This document shows, piece by piece, positions 17,604 to 24,059 of a stretch of DNA of 32,000 bases (the stretch's first letter is position 1; each line of letters starts with the position of its first letter). Below the pieces are notes generated by a model, which did no database searches, was not told the origin of the DNA, and saw nothing but the letters and a program-made list of their open reading frames with translations. Origin of the DNA: Haloferax volcanii DS2. GTDB lineage: Archaea; Halobacteriota; Halobacteria; Halobacteriales; Haloferacaceae. The stretch spans positions 270,001-302,000 of the forward strand of contig NC_013964.1 in assembly GCF_000025685.1 (NCBI RefSeq), read 5' to 3'. Made by a program: the position numbers and the translations under genes.

Positions 17604-17760
17604 CCACCTCCCGCGCCTAAAGTCGTCCCCAGAACGCACAGCGTTCTGGTGTGCGAACGAGACGCAGAGCGTCTCGTCAACGCGGGAATCCCACCATGGG
17701 ATTTCAGGCCGAGTGCGGCCCTAAGGTTTCAAGACGCATACGTTCCAAGCGTCTCTTGCT
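17581..17760 (-). ncRNA. candidate TnpB omega-RNA (reRNA): scaffold about 17601-17760, predicted guide about 17581-17600
   Basis: The region overlaps the tnpB 3' end and runs downstream on the minus strand. It holds a dense series of perfect hairpins: 17629-17649 (CCAGAACGC/ACA/GCGTTCTGG), 17657-17677 (ACGAGACGC/AGA/GCGTCTCGT), 17687-17703 (AATCCCA/CCA/TGGGATT), 17707-17720 (GGCCG/AGTG/CGGCC) and 17731-17753 (AGACGC…GCGTCT). The position matches where omega-RNAs are encoded in IS200/IS605 elements. Confidence 0.4.
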
Positions 17761-18964
17761 GGGTGTCAGCATCGGCTTGGCTGTCTTGTGGGACGGTCAA
17801 ACGTCCCCCTTCCTCAGCCGAGTCATCGCCATCCGTGTGTTCTCTTGAATGACTCTCTCCACTGAGGTAGCGGTCTGCAATATTGAGCGCGGCGTTAACG
17901 TCTGCTTGGTACTCCGAAACCCAACACGCCGAGTTGGAACACTTGAACGTCGCCTGCTTCGGACGGTAGCCCGCCTCTCCGCAACAGTGGCACGTTTTCG
18001 AGGTGTACGCGGGATTCACTGTCTCCACACGAATCCCTTTCTCAGACGCCTTGTAGCGAATCTGAGCGTGCATCTTGGCGAAGCCCCATCCGTGAAGCCG
18101 TCGATTCATGAACGCGCCGTAGTCCATGTTCTCACGGATGTGCGTCAAGTCTTCCAGAACCAACACGGGATTCTCGAATCGGTCGGCGTAGGAGACGACC
18201 TCCGACGTGACCGTGTGAAGGATGTGGTCGATGTGTCGCCACAACTCGTCGCCGTAGGATTCAGCGATACGTTCGCTTCCGCGTTTTTGAAGGCGTCGAG
18301 TCGCCGTGAAGTACGTCTCACGGAGTTGCCGTACTCGCATGCCTTCGTCGTTCCAGAGGTTGGGTGCAGTCGGGGAGCCGCGCTCGTCACGGTGACACAC
18401 CGTTAACAAAGAGGCTTCCCCGATGTCTACCCCAATCGGCGTTTCCACCGAACTGGTCTCTCGTTCCTCCACGTCCCGCGTGGCGACGATGTGAAAGTAC
18501 CACTCGCCGTCACGGTCGAACAACCGACATTCGCCCATCTGTGCGTCTCCTGCGTGCAACGCTTCCAACCATTCTCGCTGTTCGGGATTCGGTTGCGCGG
18601 GCAACCAGAGGTTGTAGTCGTCGTGGTGCGGGATTTTGACGTACCACTCGATAGCGTTCTGTGGCTTGTGGTCGAGCTTCGGGCCTTCGTTCGTGAACCG
18701 AACGGGGTGGTCGTCGTGAAGCTCTTTGGCGTCGTAGCTTCCGCCACAGAGTTGTGGGACGTACTTCTTGAGCGCGTTCTTGGCGTAGCCGCTCAGGTCG
18801 TAGTTGACTACCACGTCGTTCGCCGCCGACTGTGTGGTGCAGTTAGCGTTGAACGCGGATTCAAGGGCGTCTTGGTACGCCTGTTCCGTCTCACAGAGTT
18901 TCCGATGCTTGTGGGTGTTCGGTTCCACAAGCTTCAGTTCCAGCGTCTCGGTGAGTTCGGTCAC
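17729..18964 (-). CDS. tnpB: TnpB RNA-guided endonuclease (IS200/IS605 OrfB, RuvC-like plus zinc finger)
   Basis: 411-aa ORF with GTG start at 18964. RuvC-I is PIGVDIGEASLL, RuvC-II is VLVLEDLTHI. Zn finger is TCHCCGEAG…FKCSNSAC. RuvC-III is YQADVNAALNIA. All three catalytic acidic residues are present. Confidence 0.92.
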   Translation of the reverse strand: MTELTETLELKLVEPNTHKHRKLCETEQAYQDALESAFNANCTTQSAANDVVVNYDLSGYAKNALKKYVPQLCGGSYDAKELHDDHPVRFTNEGPKLDHKPQNAIEWYVKIPHHDDYNLWLPAQPNPEQREWLEALHAGDAQMGECRLFDRDGEWYFHIVATRDVEERETSSVETPIGVDIGEASLLTVCHRDERGSPTAPNLWNDEGMRVRQLRETYFTATRRLQKRGSERIAESYGDELWRHIDHILHTVTSEVVSYADRFENPVLVLEDLTHIRENMDYGAFMNRRLHGWGFAKMHAQIRYKASEKGIRVETVNPAYTSKTCHCCGEAGYRPKQATFKCSNSACWVSEYQADVNAALNIADRYLSGESHSREHTDGDDSAEEGGRLTVPQDSQADADTQQETLGTYAS

Positions 18965-19350
18965 TGTTCGTCCTCCTCGTGACGCTGGATGTACTTCTCG
19001 ACAGTCTCACTCGAAACGTGTCCTGCTGTCCCCGCGTAGTAGCCTCGCACCCACTTAATTTTCTCACTGTCGTGGTCGGCGTGTCGGTGGTTGTACTTCC
19101 GCGAACTGATGCCTTTGAACCAGTTGGCGAGAAGTGACGGAGCGTGCTTCGGCGGGCTACTGACGAACAGGTGGATGTGGTCGGGTTGGACAGTGAGGTC
19201 GATAATCTCCAACCCCTTCTCGTCAGCGATTTCGTGGAGGATGTCTCGCACACGGGTTGCAACGTCACCGACGAGTACCGACCGACGGTACTTCGGTATC
19301 CACACTATGTGGTAGTTGAGGTTGTACGTTGCGTGCCGTGTGGCCTTCAT
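18961..19350 (-). CDS. tnpA: IS200/IS605-family Y1 (HUH) transposase TnpA
   Basis: 129-aa ORF. YHIVWIPKYRR. HUH motif PDHIHLFV. Catalytic Tyr region RGYYAGTAG. The stop overlaps the tnpB start (GTGA). Confidence 0.92.
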   Translation of the reverse strand: MKATRHATYNLNYHIVWIPKYRRSVLVGDVATRVRDILHEIADEKGLEIIDLTVQPDHIHLFVSSPPKHAPSLLANWFKGISSRKYNHRHADHDSEKIKWVRGYYAGTAGHVSSETVEKYIQRHEEDEQ

Positions 19351-19452
19351 CCGTACTACACACTATACGTAGCGTGTGTCTTAAAACCACCTTACACGGT
19401 GGGAAATCCAGCCGTACTACCGTCGGTGGTTGTGTACGCTATTGTCCGTTTG

Positions 19453-19474
19453 ACCCGCGCCTGAAGACGCGGGT
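19453..19474. terminator. GC-rich hairpin between the IS left end and the cobW-like stop; possible bidirectional terminator of the pre-insertion locus
   Basis: ACCCGCG / CCTGAAGA / CGCGGGT, a perfect 7-bp stem. It lies 18 nt from the COG0523 gene stop (19493-19495). No flanking T-run, so the terminator function is an inference. Confidence 0.3.
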
Positions 19475-19492
19475 ATGCGCTCGCACTATGTA

Positions 19493-20614
19493 TCAGGCGG
19501 ACTCGCGGGGAAACGGGTCGTCCGGATACGCCGCCTCTCGCTCGTCCGTCGTCGCCAAGCACTCGTCGAGTTCTCGGGTCACTGCGTCCTCGTCGAGGTC
19601 GCGGCCGATGAACACGAGTCGCGTCTGGGGGGTATCGTCTCCCCACCGACCGATGGGACCGGCCTGCACCGACGGCCCCGCCTGACTCACGCCGAGAACC
19701 GTCTCGGGACGACTCGCGACCCACGCGAACCCCTTCGCGCGGACGACGTTCCCCCGCCAGTCGTCGAGCCACGCGTCGAGGCGCTGCGGGTGGAACGGAC
19801 GGTCTCGACGGTAGACGAAGGACTCGACGCCGTGGGCCCTCGCTGCCGAGACGCCCTCGTCGTGGATATGGTCGTGGTCGTGGCCGTGGTCCGCCTCGAC
19901 CCCGTCGCTCGCGAGGGCCTGCTTCCAACCCTGATGGCGCTTCGCCGCCTCGAAATCGAAGCGCCCCGTGTCGAGAACCCGCGTCGGGTCGACGTCGCTG
20001 TACGTCGTCCGGCGGATGCTCGCGCGCGGCTGGAGTTCCCGAATCTCGGCTTCGACGGCGTCCAACGCGTCGTCGGGGACCATATCGCACCTGTTCAGCA
20101 ACAGCACGTCGCAGAACTCGACTTGCTCGACGAGCACCTCCGTCAACGGGCGCTCCGGGTCGGGGGCGGCGTCCGGAAGCGATTCCGCCGGGTCGAACGC
20201 CTTCCAAAACCCGTAGGTGTCGATGACCGAGACCGTGGTGTCCAACCGGAGGTGGTCCGGCAGACCACCCTCGTTCGACTCGCTCGCCAGCGTACGTGCA
20301 ATCGGGAGCGGTTCGCTGATTCCCGAGGCCTCGATGAGCAGATAGTCGAACGAGCGGTTCTCCGCTAGCCGCGTCACTTCGGTCACGAGGTCGTCCTGAA
20401 GCCGACAGCAGATACACCCGTTCGAGAGGTCGATGACCCCGTCGTCCGATTCGGACGCGACTAACTCCGCGTCGACGTTCAGTTCGCCCATGTCGTTGAC
20501 GACGACGGCTATCTCCCTGCCACCGGGGTCGTTCAGGAGTCGGTTGACCAGCGTCGTTTTCCCCGCGCCGAGCGGACCGCTGACGACCGTAATCGGTATT
20601 TCCGTTGTGGACAT
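19493..20614 (-). CDS. COG0523 (CobW/YjiA/ZigA-like) G3E-family metallochaperone GTPase
   Basis: Track ORF 19493..20722 (TTG), trimmed to ATG 20614 (MSTTEIPITVVSGPLGAGKTTLVNRLL, Walker A at the N-terminus). CxCC motif GCICCRL. His/Asp-rich insert ADHGHDHDHIHDEG. CobW C-terminal domain. Confidence 0.85.
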   Translation of the reverse strand: MSTTEIPITVVSGPLGAGKTTLVNRLLNDPGGREIAVVVNDMGELNVDAELVASESDDGVIDLSNGCICCRLQDDLVTEVTRLAENRSFDYLLIEASGISEPLPIARTLASESNEGGLPDHLRLDTTVSVIDTYGFWKAFDPAESLPDAAPDPERPLTEVLVEQVEFCDVLLLNRCDMVPDDALDAVEAEIRELQPRASIRRTTYSDVDPTRVLDTGRFDFEAAKRHQGWKQALASDGVEADHGHDHDHIHDEGVSAARAHGVESFVYRRDRPFHPQRLDAWLDDWRGNVVRAKGFAWVASRPETVLGVSQAGPSVQAGPIGRWGDDTPQTRLVFIGRDLDEDAVTRELDECLATTDEREAAYPDDPFPRESA

Positions 20615-20778
20615 ATCGATGCTGTGTGACGCCTCGCGGGTGGTCGTAATGAAGACTGGGTCGGTCGACCCACACGGGAGACAGAACCCGCCGTGCTCCG
20701 GACTCCCGCCGTGAAAACACAAAATATATTATATTTGTCATGTATGGTTTCCCGTCTGTTCGCGTCGGGCACCGCGAC

Positions 20779-20843
20779 CCACCGAGCGAACCGCAGAGTA
20801 CGGCTTTGGCGGAGGCGTTCGCGCCGCCGCACTCGCTCGGTGG
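20779..20843 (+). promoter_or_regulatory. 11-bp perfect inverted repeat (43-nt spacer) upstream of the AOR-like gene
   Basis: CCACCGAGCGA (20779-20789) is the exact reverse complement of TCGCTCGGTGG (20833-20843). The spacer contains GGCG-TTCG-CGCC. It lies 51-115 nt upstream of ATG 20894, in the divergent cobW-like/AOR-like intergenic region. Confidence 0.35.
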
Positions 20844-20893
20844 TCCGCGAGAACGGCACATCTTTTTGGTCGCCGGCGCTGACGAACGACCAG

Positions 20894-22654
20894 ATGGCAC
20901 CTCCAATCGCTGACCGACTCCTCCGGGTCGACTTGTCCGCCGGTTCGGTCGAGAGCACGCCGATTCCGGACGAGTGGCGACGGCGATACGTCGGCGGCAA
21001 AGGGTTGGGTGCCCGCTATCTCTACGACGAACTCGACGCCGGCGTCGACCCGCTCGGCGAGGAGAACGCGATGCTGTTCGTGCTCGGCCCGCTTTCGGGC
21101 TACCTCCCGGGCGAGTCGAGATACGCCGCCATCACGAAATCCCCGCTGACGGGGTGTTTTCTCGACTCGTACGCGGGGGGCGAGTTCCCCGACTCGCTGG
21201 CCGGCGCGCTCGGGTCGCACATGGGCCTACTCGTGACGGGTGTCGCGTCCGAACCCGTTCGCCTCGTCGTCGAAGACGGGGACGCGACAATCGAACCCGC
21301 CGAGACGTGGGGGGCCGGGACGGTCGACACGGCGCAGGCGTTCCCGAACGCGGCTGTCGCGTGTATCGGCCCCGCGGGAGAACGACGGGTCGCATACGCC
21401 ACCATCGCCTCCGACGCCGGCGACCACCACGCGGGCCGCGGGGGAGCGGGAGCGGTGATGGGCTCGAAGCGACTGAAGGCCGTCGTCGCGCGGGGAGCCC
21501 CGCCCGACGCCGACGGGTTGGACGACCTGCGAGACGCCTACGCGGCGAAGTACCGAGAGACCGACACCGGGCGGTGGCTACGGGCCAGCGGAACCGTCGA
21601 GACGATCGATTTCGCGAACGAGATCGGTGCACTCTCGACGCGAGGCTGGAGCGACGGACAGTTCGAAGCGGCTGAGGAGTTGGGCATCACGACAGTCGAA
21701 GACCGGGCCGTCGGCCGCGAACGCGCCGACACGGAGACTCCGGGCGGGTATCGTGTGGCCACGGAGGACGGCGACCACGTCCCGCGCGGTGCCACCGCGA
21801 TGACGCTCGGAGCCGGACTCGACATCGACGACTTCGACGCCGTCGCAGTGTTGGGACGGACCTGCGACCGCCTCGGGATGGACCTCATTAGCGCCGGAAG
21901 CGCGGTCGCGTGGACGGTCAAGGCCAACGCCGCCGGCGTGCTCGACCGCTCGCTCTCGTTCGGTGAGCCCGACGGCGCGCGGGCCCTCTTACAGGAGATT
22001 GCGGAGCGCGAGTCGGAGCTCGGTGACGCGCTCGCGGACGGGGTCGAGGCGGCGGCGACGCGGTTCGGCGGGCGCGACCTCGTCCCCACGGTGAAGTCGA
22101 TGGAGCTACCGGCATACGACCCGCGCGGCGCGCAGAGCATGGCACTCGCGTACGCGACCAGCGACCGGGGTGCGTGCCATCGGCGGGCGCGACCCATCGA
22201 ACGCGAGGTGTTCGACGGCGACTGGGGAGCCGACCGGACCGCGGCGGAGGTCATCCGCGAACAGGACCGGCGGTCGACGCTCTGGAGCCTCATCGCGGAT
22301 GACTTTTTCGGCGACGCGCTCGACGACCTCGGCCGGGAGTGGCTCGAATCGGTCGGCCTCGACCCCGCCGGCGGACTCGCCACAGTCGGCGAGCGGATTT
22401 GGAACGTGACGCGGCTGTTCAACGTCCGCGAAGGCATCTCGCGCGAGGACGATTCCCTCCCGGCCGCGCTCCAAGAGCCGCTCGAATCGGGGCCCCGGGC
22501 CGGTGCGACCGTCGACCGCGACGACTTCGACTCGATGCTCGACGCGTACTACCGCCGCCGCGGCTGGACCGTCGACGGCGTGCCGACGGCGCAGACTATC
22601 GACCGCCTCGGACTTGCTGCCCTCACCGATGACTTCGACACCCTCGATGACTGA
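20894..22654 (+). CDS. aldehyde:ferredoxin oxidoreductase (AOR) family tungsto/molybdopterin protein, atypical (lacks the CxxCxxxC cluster motif)
   Basis: Track ORF 20693..22654 (GTG), trimmed to ATG 20894 (MAPPIADRLLRVDLSAGSV…). AOR N-domain GRGGAGAVMGSKRLKAV. Pterin-binding motifs CDRLGMDLISAG and ATSDRGACH. MELPAYDPRG. C-terminal YYRRRGW. A T5 run at 20863-20867 sits 27-31 nt upstream of the ATG. Confidence 0.85.
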   Translation: MAPPIADRLLRVDLSAGSVESTPIPDEWRRRYVGGKGLGARYLYDELDAGVDPLGEENAMLFVLGPLSGYLPGESRYAAITKSPLTGCFLDSYAGGEFPDSLAGALGSHMGLLVTGVASEPVRLVVEDGDATIEPAETWGAGTVDTAQAFPNAAVACIGPAGERRVAYATIASDAGDHHAGRGGAGAVMGSKRLKAVVARGAPPDADGLDDLRDAYAAKYRETDTGRWLRASGTVETIDFANEIGALSTRGWSDGQFEAAEELGITTVEDRAVGRERADTETPGGYRVATEDGDHVPRGATAMTLGAGLDIDDFDAVAVLGRTCDRLGMDLISAGSAVAWTVKANAAGVLDRSLSFGEPDGARALLQEIAERESELGDALADGVEAAATRFGGRDLVPTVKSMELPAYDPRGAQSMALAYATSDRGACHRRARPIEREVFDGDWGADRTAAEVIREQDRRSTLWSLIADDFFGDALDDLGREWLESVGLDPAGGLATVGERIWNVTRLFNVREGISREDDSLPAALQEPLESGPRAGATVDRDDFDSMLDAYYRRRGWTVDGVPTAQTIDRLGLAALTDDFDTLDD

Positions 22655-22705
22655 ACACCGCACGAACGGCTGGACGACGAACCGCGCGCGACCCGGAGAA
22701 CGAAC

Positions 22706-23436
22706 ATGACGCTCGCTGATGCGCTCTGCGCTCGACGCGGCGTGGTCTGCGTCGTCGGCGCGGGCGGAAAAAGTCCACGCTGTACGCGCTGGCGCGTCGG
22801 CTCGGCCGCGCCGTCGTGACGGCGACGGTCCGCATCCCCATCTTCGACCAGCACGTCGCCGACGTGGTCGTAACCGACAGGCCGGTCGCCGCGCTCGAAA
22901 AGGCGACTGACTGGCCGATGGGTGTCGTCCCCGACCGTGACCGCGACGACCGCTACCGCGGCTACGACCCCGACGTGGTCGACGCCATCGGGGAGTCGGG
23001 CGTCGCCGACGCGGTGCTGGTGAAGGCCGACGGCGCTCGGATGCGCGAGTTCAAGGCCCCGGGCGACCGCGAACCACAACTCCCGGCGACCGCCGACACC
23101 GTCCTCCCCATCGCGAGCGTCCACGCCGTCGGTGAACCGCTCACCGAAGACTGCGTCCACCGACCGGAACGGGTCGCCGCCCTCACCGACCTCGAAGTCG
23201 GTGATACGATTCGTCCGTCGGGTATCGCAACCGTGCTCATCAGCGGGCGCGGCGGCCGCGCGGACGTTCCCGACGGTGCGACAGTCGTGCCCGTGCTGAA
23301 CAAGGTCGACGATGCGACCCTCGAAGCTGTCGCACGGGAGATTGCATCGGACATCCTCGCTCGGTCGAACATTCCACACGTCGTACTGACGCAGTTGACG
23401 GCGTCCGAACCCGTCGTGGCCGTCGTGGAGCGCTAG
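22706..23436 (+). pseudogene. yqeC: YqeC-like P-loop accessory protein (selenium-dependent Mo-hydroxylase maturation family), frameshifted in an A5 run
   Basis: ATG 22706 opens MTLADALCARRGVVCVVGAGGKS, which then terminates at 22817-22819. The -1 frame continues (K)STLYALARRLGRAVVTATVRIPIFDQ… to TAG 23434-23436 (track ORF 22816..23436, GTG). The switch point is GGAAAAAGTCC, with the A5 run at 22768-22772. Three A's would give GAGGKSTLYALA in a single frame. Confidence 0.7.
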
Positions 23437-24059
23437 CGCAACTGTTCCGCCGCGTGAGCGAACTCGTCGGGGGTGTTGATGTTCTCGAAGGTGTCGAGAC
23501 TCGCGTACTCGCGCACTTCGCTCTCTTCGAGGACGACGTAGTCGAGCGTAAACAGCGGGTCGATGATTTTGTGGCTCCCCTCGGCCAGCGCGGCTTCGCA
23601 CGCGTCAGCCATCGACGAGGCCCGGTACACCGCGTGCGTCGGCTGGAACCAGCCGTCACCGACCCGCGGCACGGCGGCGTCGTGGCCGGCCGCCCGCTCG
23701 AACAATCTGTCGATGAGCGCGGGTTCGAGAAAGGGCATGTCGCAGGCGGCGACGAACGCGTACTCCGTCTCGACGGCCCGCAGACCCGTCATAATTCCCG
23801 CCATCGGGCCCTCGTCGCGCTCCGAATCTTCCGCAATCGTTATCGGGTGGTCGTAGCCGTCGAGCGCGGTCCGGAGCGCGGCAGTCTGTTCCGGTCGGCA
23901 GTTGACGACGAGGCTGTCGACGACGCCGGCCATCCGGTCGGCGACGCGGCGGATGAGAGGTGTTCCAAGGAGGGATGCGACTGCTTTGTCCTCCTCACCG
24001 AATCGCGTCGAGTATCCGCCGGCAATAATGACACCAGTTCGCATACCGGCAGTGTTCAC
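23433..24059 (-). CDS. mobA: molybdenum cofactor guanylyltransferase MobA
   Basis: 208-aa ORF (GTG 24059; ATG 24044 is the alternative). GVIIAGGYSTRFGEEDKAVASLLGTPLIRRV nucleotide-binding N-terminus. Blocks EGPMAGIMTGL and FVAACDMPFL are typical of MobA. Confidence 0.8.
   Translation of the reverse strand: MNTAGMRTGVIIAGGYSTRFGEEDKAVASLLGTPLIRRVADRMAGVVDSLVVNCRPEQTAALRTALDGYDHPITIAEDSERDEGPMAGIMTGLRAVETEYAFVAACDMPFLEPALIDRLFERAAGHDAAVPRVGDGWFQPTHAVYRASSMADACEAALAEGSHKIIDPLFTLDYVVLEESEVREYASLDTFENINTPDEFAHAAEQLR

Larger units (their letters stand above)
17601..19450 (-). mobile_element. IS200/IS605-family insertion sequence (tnpA + tnpB), about 1.85 kb; ends inferred
   Basis: Intact Y1 HUH transposase and TnpB genes in the canonical order, overlapping by 4 nt. 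About 100 nt of left end and 128 nt of hairpin-rich right end. Boundaries are inferred from the shared TGAC at 17601-17604 and 19451-19454 and could be off by tens of nt. Confidence 0.75.

Noticed and set aside
20779-20843. Calling the inverted repeat upstream of the AOR-like gene a Moco/Wco riboswitch
   Set aside because: I cannot match it to the known Moco RNA motif consensus from memory, and the transcription start is unknown. It is kept only as an unexplained structured element, not as a riboswitch.
19392-20906. 504-aa minus-strand ORF spanning the cobW-like gene and the intergenic region
   Set aside because: It is an alternative frame of the COG0523 gene region, extremely Arg/Pro/Gly-rich, and crosses the divergent promoter. 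The in-frame Walker A, CxCC and His-rich motifs identify the other frame as the real one.
23433-23436. Convergent yqeC-like and mobA stop codons sharing one CTAG
   Set aside because: The overlap is real, but it is simply the palindromic nature of TAG/CTA. No functional implication can be supported.
22549-23601. 350-aa minus-strand ORF (similar cases: 28328..29557, 30339..31346, 16120..17271, 1757..2614, 13367..14584)
   Set aside because: All are antisense or off-frame shadows of well-supported genes (yqeC-like/AOR, MFS, IMPase, formaldehyde dehydrogenase, permease, nuoF-like), with the Arg/Asp/Gly-rich composition typical of GC-rich shadow ORFs.
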